Positions 24,066 to 34,800 of a stretch of 43,872 bases of DNA are shown here, one piece after another. The position numbers and the translations under genes were made by a program. The notes beneath the pieces are model-generated. The model did no database searches. It was given only the letters and a program-made list of their open reading frames with translations, and was not told where the DNA came from. Location: positions 1 to 43,872 of the forward strand of contig FLMG01002029.1 in NCBI GenBank assembly GCA_900088475.1, in the 5' to 3' direction. This stretch comes from Hyphochytrium catenoides (Eukaryota; Protista; Hyphochytriomycota). Position 1 is the stretch's first letter; the number at the start of each line of letters is the position of its first letter.

Positions 24066-25531
24066 TCAGGTAGTACTCCGCTTTGAGGTGGATAGAGGGG
24101 CTGGCAACACTGCTATCACGGTGCCCCGGGATCCCTGAGTCGTACTTGGTGATTGAGCACCTGTGAGAGCCGATAGGGGCTTAGAGATCAACCCTCCGCC
24201 CTGTCCTGCTTCCATTATCTTTTCCATAAAAGCACTGACAAGCGTAAAGGCCTTAATATTGACCGCCCATGAGACATCAACGATCACAGAGCCAAGATCT
24301 TCCTCAAAATAGCAAGATATGGTTGCCCCAAGGTAGAAGATAGTCGTGAAGAGCAGCAATCTGGCCAGCCAGGTCCGCTCTTCTACTCGGTTGCTGGCTC
24401 TTCTTGCTAATACGCCCCTCGTGAGCGCGTGTATGAGACCCACGTGCATCAGCAACTGGTTGAACACCATCACCACGTTAAAGCTGGCCCATATGTCGTT
24501 TACGATACTCTCGTCAAGGTGGCCAGCCATTCCCACTAGCTCGCAGATGTTGGCGATGCCATAGAGAATGGAAACTGAGGTAAAGATAAGGATGAGCTTC
24601 CGGTTTCTGTTGCTGATAAGGACCGCCCGCATCCGTAAGATGTACGCTAGGTCCAGAGTAGTGCTAATGAAGAGAGAGGAGAAGAGACAACGACAGAATG
24701 CAACAGACAAGTTAGCACACAGATCGGCGGAGATTAGAGGTCTTCAGCATCTTTTGCCTTCTTCAGCAGCCAGCAGTCAATCCCTCCTCCTTATTGTGCG
24801 CTCTGTCTCTGTCTCTCTGCTTCCCTGACTCTGTCTCAAGTTTGTCTCCGTCTCACTACCCTCTCTCCCTCTTCTTATTCTCTCTCTGTGTCTCTTAGTT
24901 CCCTCTCTCTCTTTCTCTCTCCCTCTCTCGCCAACTCCACTGGCCTTCTCCTTCCTTCCCCATCGTCTCTCTTCCCAGCTTCTCTCTTTCTCTTGCTCCC
25001 TCCCAACATCATGATGATGAACATCCCAAGAATATCTCACGCTCACCCGCTCGTCGTGCCGATACTATCAACACCATTCCCTCCCTCTAGCTAGTTACGC
25101 CCTCCTAGTTTTGTTAGTTTTGATCTCTTTTTCTTCTCTTTCCTGCTGCTGCTGTCTGCTGCTGATTCGTGGCATGTGTGAACAGATATTATCTCTCTCT
25201 CTCCTTTCGCTACCACTGCACAGCGTCCCCGCCTGGGCGCCTGTTCCTACCTTGTTATCCAGTCCATGAAGATAGCAATGAGTTCCATGCCCAAGGCGCA
25301 AGGGGTTTGCTCGGCCTCTTCTCCACCATCTCCCTCTACCGCAGGCGGGCCAGCACATTCCTCAGTGTAATTAACCAGAGAGCTGAGGTCGTAGACGACC
25401 GCTGAGAGAAGTGCTGCGAGGGCCAGTAGAGGCACAGGCTTCTTGAAAGATCTCCAGCCAAAGCAATGCAGAGATGAGGACTCGATGATCAAGCTACAGC
25501 CCGTCCCTAGCGCTAATGCTATCTGAGACAT
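24066..25531 (-). CDS. Uncharacterised seven-transmembrane protein, about 292 aa, 2 exons
   Basis: Exon 1 25531-25251 (MSQIALALG...DWIT) has donor AG|GTAGG. The intron has a CTAAC branch point, a pyrimidine tract and TTAG. Exon 2 is 24663-24066. The frames join in phase (WIT-S-TTLDLAYILR), and seven hydrophobic segments are visible. Confidence 0.75.
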
Positions 25532-27576
25532 CTTTCCGCTGAGAGACACAGCTCCCTTCTAAGGGCTGGGTTATAAGGGAGCTTTAAACGGCCAAGGAGT
25601 TGGAGGAAACCGATGCTTATCTCCAGCAAACCGCTTTGCAACGCGTCGTCCGCTGCGAGAAGTTCTCTGTCCAGGCCTTTCTGTCTGTGAATGAGGACCT
25701 TGGCAGCTGGTAAGGATGATGTCAGTCAGCAGCAGTAATGCACTTCCTGCTATTACTTTGTGCCATCATCGGACGGACACACCGCTAGAGTCTCCACATT
25801 CTGCGAGGAGAGACGAAAGAGGAGATTGATGGTCTCTACTCTGAAGCAGAGGGATCCAATAGCTAGTCTAAAGCTCCTCCACCGACCGTCGTATAAGAAG
25901 CTGGACAACGAACGACAGCAATCAATAGTAGAGCCAAATAGTTGTTACTTAAGTGCTAATCGTAGGGCACTTCCCTTCTCTGTAATAGGGACTAGGCCGA
26001 CTGAGAGCCCGTGGACATCCAGGTCACGTTGCCTTCTTCTTCGTCTGCTGGCGCTTTGCCGTCCCTAAGACGGTTGTTAGCTACACTGCTGGCGGCAGAC
26101 TCACATGGCGACGATCCCCATTTCTTCGGGTTTCTGAGTGGGCTTTGCTTTTTTTTATAGTTCAGAGGTGCTTCTCCAAGAGCGACGAGGGCCCTTTGGC
26201 TGTTGATAATGCTCTAGGAGGAGGAGGAGTTGGAGGCTGCTTTGTCAGTCTATCAACCTGAGAGATGGAGAGGAGGAGGAAGTGGAGGCGCTTGAGTGAC
26301 AGAGACACCAGAGCGGAGGAGACGGACGAGTAGAGAGAGGAGGACTTGACCGAAAGAAAGGCCCAAACAACCGAAGATTAGAAGCTGGCACTGTAATAAT
26401 GACTGGTTTACTATATTCCGATCCTGTCACCTCGTATTTTCGGTTCTTCTTGTGAGTGTGGGCGTTACACTGAAACCACCAGCAGGGTATCCAGTGCAGC
26501 ACAGAGTCCACCCATCGCGCATCCTTCATCAAGTGAACTACTGGATACGCTGCCTAAAGCAACATGCAGACCTTTGATGAAGGGCGTCATGAGTCTCTAG
26601 AAGAGAACATTTAGAGGCCAGTATGATGGACAGACAATGACAGTGAATATATAGTTGGCGACACCACCCACTCACGACAAGAAGAGATGAGACTGATGAT
26701 AAGATACTAATTTATAACTAGTCCCACTGTGCCTCCGCCTGCTAAGCTTATCAGAAGTTGTCTCAACGCACGTCCCGCTCAGGAAGGATTGAAAGATGAG
26801 TCATTTTGTCTTTCGAACAGTCGTGGCCTTAACGAGCTCTGCAGCAGCATCAGCACTCTCTTATGCTGCCTCTCGCTGCTCTTCCCGACACCACTTCATC
26901 AACTGGGCCAGAACCCCCAATGATCATTATGACCAGCTTTATACTACGCGGCTCTACTCTTGTTTGTTTATAGAGATAATAGTAGCAGAGATGCATCGTC
27001 AATGAGATCACGAGTGGTGAAACGACGAGGAGGACACGCTCGCTCTGGAATGGGTGAGACGTGGGGGAGGAAGTAAAGATTCCCAAAGAAAATATTTTCA
27101 AGAATTGGACCTTATTAACGGCTACTGATGAGCTTAATAAAAGATGTGTGTGGTTGTCGACTCCACCAAGGGAACTCTCTCTTTTCTTTGAAGTTTGGCC
27201 TTCTATTGGTCTAGTATGTGTCGCCCACCAAAAAAGTCCATTTCTTCTTCTTCGGGGCGCGTGTGACGGTGGTCGGTCACAGACAAACGGCTCAAATATA
27301 GGAATGTACTGATTATGCTCATGCTTCCTGGGCCACTCTGGGCCTCGATGGGCGAGCTCCCGGGAAGAAAGAAAGGGAGAAATTGCCTTAAGATGGTGTG
27401 TGATTCTTCGAAAGAACTCTGTAATAGAAAACTCCCGGAGAATTTGCACAGCAGTCACCCTTTCCCTTATTAATTACCGGCAAAGGATATCTCATCACTC
27501 CCTCGTCCATCTTTCCCTCCTCCCTTCCTTTTCTTCATCACCCTCCTCCTGTTCGGCAGAGGAAGGGGAGGAGCGC

Positions 27577-27680
27577 CTGCTGCTGCTGCTGCTATTGCTG
27601 CTGCGCCCGCCATCCTCTCCGTGCGGATCAAGACGTAACAAGAGAAGAGAAGTAAAGAGCCGATGCTGCTGCTGCTGCTG
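27577..27680. repeat. (CTG)n trinucleotide tracts
   Basis: Two short CTG/GCT runs at about 27577-27603 and 27665-27680. Confidence 0.7.
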
Positions 27681-28016
27681 CCCTGAGGATGATCTGATGA
27701 TGATGCTGAGCAATAAGAAGATGAGAGAAAGAAGAGAAGTCCGTGCTGGAAATCGGGCGTGCAAACCTAAGTATAACGGGGGGACTTGTAACTAGTTCCA
27801 CAGTACCAGCACATAAAAAGTTGCAGATATAGCCTGTATTGAAGCACTTGGATAAGTATAATTCAAGTCCCAGGTGGATGGTTATCTAGGGTCTGGTAGT
27901 GGCTTTTGTACTTGGTACTTGTACATCTGAGGGGGGCTATGTGAATGTTGAAAGAAACGCATGATGATGGATCTTGAAGTTTCCTTGAAACGCTTGAGAG
28001 CTGTGTTCTTCTGTTC

Positions 28017-28020
<4 letters not shown>

Positions 28021-28066
<46 letters not shown>

Positions 28067-28083
28067 CTCTCTTTCTCTCTCTC

Positions 28084-28127
<44 letters not shown>

Positions 28128-28160
28128 CCTCTTTCTCTTTCTCTTTTTCTCTCTCTCTCT
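28021..28160. repeat. (CT)n microsatellite
   Basis: About 140 bp imperfect CT run between the 7-TM gene and the esterase gene. Confidence 0.95.
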
Positions 28161-28691
28161 GTTTCCTCATCTCTTCCCCTCTGATTCTGTTCCTCCCCTT
28201 TCTTATTGCCGTCGCTGTCGCTGTTCTCTTCTGCTCCTTGCATCCTCTTCGCCGCCGCCGAAGCAGCAGAAACCAAGAAGCTGGCACCACGAGCCCGTAC
28301 ACTGAAGAAGCCCTGAAGATAGAGATTATGGTCTTCTGATCTCTGTATTCGTAGACACCTAGTAGCGACGCCACTCAAGCAAGAAGACGGCATCATCACT
28401 TGTACCTTGTAGTCATCTCAATAATTTCTCACGTCCTCGTCGTCGCTTTGTGCCTCCTATGCGTCCGTCTTCTCTCCCTATCATCTACTCTACTAGTTGC
28501 ATTGTCACCATTTCTTCCCTTTGTGCTGCCTCTCCCGGGGCAATAGGCCTCTTCTCTCTGTCTCTCTCGGTCCTTTCTTTCAAACATCTCTTTTCTAAGT
28601 TCAATCCGTAGCTCTAACGAGCTTCCAGCCACCAGCCCTGTGACTCTCTTGCTCTCTTCTCTCTCTCTCCCAAAGTCCGGCCTTCGAGATC

Positions 28692-30496
28692 ATGACATCC
28701 GTGATCCCTGAGGAAGGCAGCTTGTTGCTCTCTTCGGATTACCTCCTGCCTGCAACCGCGGCAGTGATCATGCTGGTCCCCACTATCAACCGCTTCCTCT
28801 CTCTTCTCTCTTCCTCGTCTCTCGCATTGCCCATCGTTAGGCCAGAAGCCCGAGCTCTCTCTTCCCTGGCTTCCTTCTCCTCTCTTCCCCTCTCCCTCTC
28901 TCACTTGTCAGATAGAGATAAAGTGATGCTAGAGAACAAGAAGAGGGGAAAGAAGAAGAGCGCGTATGAGGACTCATCTTCTCTTCCTGAATCTTCTTCG
29001 ACTCTGTTCTATGATCCTCTCCGCCCTGTTCCTATTCCCTACGAGTGGAGCGGGTCATTTGCACCTTCGCTCATGAGGGTTTGGCTCACAAAGCTATTGT
29101 TCCAGCTCATGTACCAGCGAGCACTGGCTGCTGAAGAGAGGAAGAGACGGAAACAGAGATGTGCTGAAAGGAAGAGAGAGCGTCGTGTTGAGAAGGAGGA
29201 GGAAGAGAAGGGCTCTACAGAGAGGGAAGCGCTACGGAGCTTTTCTCTCTTTGTGAAAGAGAGACAGCGGAATGACCTGCGCTGTATGAGACAGCCTTTC
29301 TTAGCCCTTATTTGTCCCCCAACAGTTCCCTTCCGGGTAGAACTCTCGCGTCTCTCTTCTTCCGCTGTTATGTACAAAGTGAGCCATTCTGTCAAGAGAA
29401 AGGAGAAGAAGAGAGAGGAAAGCCTAACTCCCTTCTCTCTGCCTGAAGCCTCAAGCCGTCGAGCAGTGTACTATGTACATGGAGGTGGCTTCGTGTCTGG
29501 GGACTTTGCGGGATTCAAGAGCTACATCGCTGGACTCGCTGCGGCTCTCTCCTGTCCCGTTTTCTTCCCTCAGTACCGACTGGTAAGTTTAAAGATAAGC
29601 GCAAGGAGTTATAATGATGAGAAAGCGAGGGAAGTTGGGCGACGACTAGGAAGGTGGGAAAGAGAAAGAGAGGAAGGAGAAGAGACGGGTTCTGTCAAGG
29701 CAAAAAAGACGTTGACAATGACGCAGGTGATCTAGCGAGAGGACGCCAGGGAAAACGGAAAGAGTTGAAGGAGAAGCAAAGAGAGACAACACAGAAGTTT
29801 CGATAGAGGGGGCAAAGGTCCACACGGTGAAGAAAGGGTACTGAAGGTGGTTCTTGGGCCTTCTCTGCCTTTCCTCTCTCTCTCTCTCTCGCTTTCTCCT
29901 CTTTCCTCTCTGTGTTTGACGATCTCCTTCGTAGGCCCCCGAGCACCCCCTCGAAGCCGTAGTCCAAGATGTCCTTGAAGGTTACCTGCTGCTCTTAAGA
30001 GAGACAGACTATGAGGAGATCATTCTAATGGCAGACAGTGCAGGCGGCTGCCTCTCTCTTCTACTCCTCTCTCGCCTTCATGGTTTGGCCGTCAAACAAC
30101 CTTCGAAAGCTGTATTTTTCTCTCCAGTTACCGATCTCAGCTGTTCAGGCGCTTCTTTTCAAGAGAACAGAGTAAGAGACGTCACTCTTTCCGCAGAGAT
30201 CGTGTCTTCTCTCTTTCAGCGAGTGAGAGGGGAGACAGATGGCAAAGACGGGAAAGTCTCTCNNNNNNNNNNNNNNNNNNNNNNNNNNNNNNNNNNNNNN
30301 NNNNNNNNNNNNNNNNNNNNNNNNNNNNNNNNNNNNNNNNNATGGATGGCAGTTCGTCCCTCATCTTCTTCCAGAGGCGAAAGAGACATTGGACGAGACG
30401 GTGCGCTTCGTCCTTGAGAGCTATCTCTCAGCCACATCGAAGAGAGAGAGAAGAGAGAGAATCGACACTCACACGATTGCAGCGGGGGCAAGCTGA
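28692..30496 (+). CDS. Alpha/beta hydrolase, hormone-sensitive-lipase (Abhydrolase_3) family esterase
   Basis: Motifs: YVHGGGF oxyanion motif, PQYRL|APEHP across intron 29583-29934, nucleophile elbow MADSAGG (about 30028-30048), FSPVTDL, and catalytic His region (H)GWQF just after the N gap 30263-30340. Stop TGA at 30494-30496. The gap hides the catalytic acid. Confidence 0.9.
30263..30340. other. Assembly gap inside the esterase CDS (other gaps at 5538-5568 and 31943-31973)
   Basis: Run of N. The reading frames either side are offset, so the stated gap length is inexact or hides an intron. Confidence 0.95.
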
Positions 30497-31874
30497 TCAA
30501 ACAAACAAGAGGATCAGAGCGGCTTCCAAGAGAGATGATGACTGGGAAGAGGAAGAAGTAGGCGAGAGAGTGCCAGCGTCTTGCCCTCCATTAGTCGCAT
30601 GAAGACAAAGAGGACAGCAAGATAGACCTGCCCAATTCCCTATGCGAAGAAAGAGGGCCTGAAATGAAAAGCTTGACTCGGCGTATGGGGAGATGAAGAA
30701 GAACAGAGGCTGAACAAAGAGAGACAGAGGTAAAAGAGAAAATAGAAGCTTTCAAAAGAGCGACCTAGCACTAGTCCATCTAAAGAGCAACGACCGCACT
30801 TTATCTCTTAAGACTTGAGAGTTACCTATCCATACGCGTTTGCACCCCATGGATGCACTCCAAGATAATTTGGCTTTCAGAAGAGGGAAGGACGAGCTCT
30901 TGCGCATTGAGATCTTTCCTGCGAGCACAGCTGCACAGACGCACTTCAGGAAGCGGTAGAAGGGCCCTACCGGGCCAATGTGATAACATACTGCTGACGG
31001 ACCAGCTCGTGTCGACTGTCTCAGCATGTGCTTTCTTGCCAAGCGGTAGTACCAAGAGTATTCCCCTCTGATAGAAAGGCAGAAATGCCGCGGAAATTGA
31101 CTGCAGAGGGTCACACAGCCCAAACCATGCCACCGTTCATCGTGATCTCTAGCGCCGCTGGAGAGGAATTGCCCTTAGTGCCTCTGATCCGCAGAAGCTT
31201 GCTACAGAAAAGATGGCACGTTTGGCGTTTAAGTAGGGACACTCATAGGAACCTCCTTAGCGCGAGGTACCTCTATGTGCCCCTATAACACCTACCCTGA
31301 CCATGAGGGAGATTATACCTTCCCGTGCGCGTTGCCTTTGCTGCATGCCCGAGTCTATTTAAACCGTGATACTTACTCTTCCTGACTCGCCTAGTGCCAA
31401 TAACAGGAGCGACACTGAGCTGAATTGTCGTGAAGGGCCGTATCTCTCTCTCTCTCATGTCCGCTGGCTGCTACCTCTTCTGCCCTCTAAGGAAGGTGTA
31501 GCTGTCGTAGAGATTTTATAATGAAAATGAGTCCCAAGATCTGCCATATCATCCCAGACAGTGAAGTGTTGGCATCACTGCACTCAACAGGGCTCGACGA
31601 TGAAACTCCGCCATACATCTAGGCCGCAGGCTCGTCGGCGCCATTGGGAACTCGATTTGGAGCGCTTTGAAGGTGCAAACTTGTAAGGCAGCCGAATGTA
31701 GCAAAAAGTAAATAGTCTATAGTCTAAGTGTTAACAATAAATAGTCAGGGACATGCGAACCCAAGGATCGTCGACCTCAAACCCGAAAGAGCAAAACAAA
31801 AGATCTCGAGGAGACGGCGGGAGATGAAGACAGAACAGCGATAAAGGCTAGAGGACATGGGCAAGAGATGACCT

Positions 31875-34800
31875 CTAGTAGGCGATCTCTTCCCATGAGA
31901 ACCTAACGTATGCAATGATATCCTGCAAAAGAGAGCAAGAGANNNNNNNNNNNNNNNNNNNNNNNNNNNNNNNGAATGCGCGGAGAGAGCCCGAGAGAGA
32001 GAGAGAAAGAGAGATCGTCAGAACGAGCTTCGTTCTGTCCTTTCTTCTACCTGCAAGAATGTTTCTTGTTGATTTCTATGGATTGGGAGGTAGGAAACCC
32101 AGTGCCGAAGAGAGTCCTCTAGCTTCTGAAGTTTGGTCGTCCGGCCCTTCCAAACTTCCTCCAGAACGATTCGCCGGTAGAAGGTCTTATAGCAATCAAT
32201 GACATGCAAAGACTATTGATCAGGAAAGAGAGGCGAGGGATAAGAGCGGAACAGCGGAGGGAGAGGGAGAAAGAGAGAGAGGGGGTTGTCAGCCACGTTG
32301 ATAAACCTCGAAAGACCAAGAGAAGAATCTCCGCCAAGGAAGAAAGAAAGTGCATCTTTCCTTCCCTAGCCTACCTGCAGGACCAGTGCCTCTGTCTCTC
32401 TACCATAAGCTATGAGCTTCTTCCGAAGACTCTCTCTACACTGACTGAGTGCGGGGGAGGGATGAAGAGCCGAGAATCTGCGTGCTGAGAGCTCTCTTAT
32501 CTTTGCTTGCTGTCTTCTCTTTCTCGCCTCCAAAGAAGGTTCAAAGCCTTTTCCATCCACTCTCATGCTAATCCGGACTAGTTTCTGATCTATCTCTGCA
32601 GGAAGATGAGAAGGCACTGCAGAGGCGCGAGGGTAAGGAGAGGGATAGAGATGAGACGGTGGAGAGGGAGATCGGTCCACCGCGTCATGTTTCCGTTTCC
32701 CTAGGATCCCATGCCCTGCTACGTCCCTCTTCACTTTTGTCTCTCCCCCTCGCGTGTCAGGGCCTTGTTTGAGGGATGCCTCCTCACTCTGGGACTGAGA
32801 AGGATTCTGGGAATCAAAAGGGTATTCTTTCGGTTGGACTGGATCTGTCCCGCTCTCACTGAGGACACTGAGAGAGGTAGAGGGAATAAAGGAGGAACTG
32901 TGATGGGTGGTTGTACCGTCATCACTTTGAGAAACAGTGACAAAGGACGGAGCTCCCTCTTCTCCCTGACTAGTAAGTGTACTCTGCTCTCGTCGGGCAG
33001 AGCTGTGATATTGTGAGATAGACACTGATGCCGCCGCTTCACAGTTAGAAAGTTTGGAAAGAGATATTTCTTTTCCTTCCATCTCATCCTTGTCCTCTCG
33101 CCCCTGCTATAAAGATGCGAGACGGTTGATGATAAGTCAAAGAGAACAGAAGGCAAGACAAATAACTCCAGACACCAACTAGGTAAGTAGGAGGTTGGGA
33201 GTATAATTGGGAAGAAGGTGGCATGTAAAATTGTAGAATACGTGAGGCAAAACTCGAGAGACCAATGCAGAGAGAAGGGTTTAATCTGTTTCTGCTATCG
33301 ATTTTTTCTCTTACCTCCGGCTCATAAGCGTCTTCGTCGTCACTCACTCCCTTTCCATTGGGATCTCTGACTGCGCTCGCGCCATCCCCAAAGTCCGTCT
33401 GGTAGCCCAGACACCGAAATACCTTCATTTGAATGGAAGGTGGATATCAAAAGAAAGCCAATGTCACGTGGAAGACCGCTGAGTGTGAAGGAAGGCCAAC
33501 AAAGATCAATCAAAAGAGACCAGCTCATGCCCAAGAGCGACATAGTCCAGGTCACGCGAACAACGAATAAAGACGGATAAGCAAAAGCGGAATAAGAAGA
33601 GGGCAAGAGCTTTGCCTACCTCTGGATACATGCAGGATGAGCCGATACCGTTGCCAATGTCAGCCTCTGTTGGTGCTTCTTGGGTAGCCCTGCGATGCTT
33701 TCTCATCTTCACGCGCAGCAGCATCGGGTACACGACCTGCGACGAACACGGAATGCGGGAACGTACACTTTAGTGAGACATAAAGGGACGCTAGGTAGCC
33801 TTCTACAGAGACGAGAGGAAAAGACAGAAGCATCTTCATCTACTTAGATACTGAGTATGTGAGTGAGAGAGAGAGAGAGCTCCCTTATAAACTGGGCTCT
33901 GGAGCTGAACGACATGAAATGATCTTTCAGCCGTGAAAGGCAGCTCAATCCAAGAGTACAGAGCCAGGAAAAGAGAGCGAGAAAAATGGTTCAATAGTAC
34001 CAAGGCGAAGGTTTTACAAATACGAGTGACAAGAGTTAATGGCAAGGAGCGAGGGGAGGGATAGACGACTGGTGCTATGCCTTTTACCTTTTCCTGCCGC
34101 ACATGAAAGTACCGAAAGAGACTCTTATTGGAGGCGTTTTTAGGGTCATAGGTCCCCACGATGAGACCGAGAAAAGGTTCGATACCTCCTTTCCTCCCGT
34201 TTCTGCTCCTCTCGCTCTCTTCTTCTTCTTCTCTCCTAAAAAGAGTCTGATAGCTGTGCTGGTTCTGTATATCCATGACGGACGGATTGGGCTCGAACAG
34301 TGGGTGCGAGTGGTACCAGCCGACCACCTAAGGCGAAGAGAACATTGTGAGAGATAGAGGGAAGTAAGGAAAGACACATTCAAATGCACACAGAGAAGGA
34401 AGAATAGGCCAGCGACTCCACGATATTGAGGATAGGAGACGTCATGTAAGGAGAACTATCAGTAGTGAAGGTGAGGGAGCGAGAACAGCGAAGTTAAGAG
34501 CACACGAGTAAAGAGACAGGCAGATTGGCGGAAGAGTCAGACTCCACTGGAGAATGAATGAAAGTTGAAAGGCGCAGCCAACCGTGTTGCTTACCTGCAT
34601 TCCTCTTTTATCAATGATCTCTCTGACTTCTATCTCACTACTAGGGTCCATCTCCACATCAGTGCTGCCATCGTGGGCGTCTGAAGAGAGGGAACGGCAG
34701 GGGAAGGCTGCTTGAACAAAGACCTGGCGAGAAGCCAGATCATAGCGGCCACCTAGGAACCCTATAGAAGCAAGAATATAGAGAGACAGGCACGCTTATA

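Noticed and set aside
27310-27324. In-frame TGA followed by LCSC, a possible selenocysteine
   Set aside because: It is not a UxxC or CxxU motif, there is no recognisable selenoprotein fold, and no SECIS was identified.
30239-30417. Apparent frameshift in the esterase suggesting a pseudogene
   Set aside because: The shift falls across an N gap of estimated length, and the catalytic motifs on both sides are intact.
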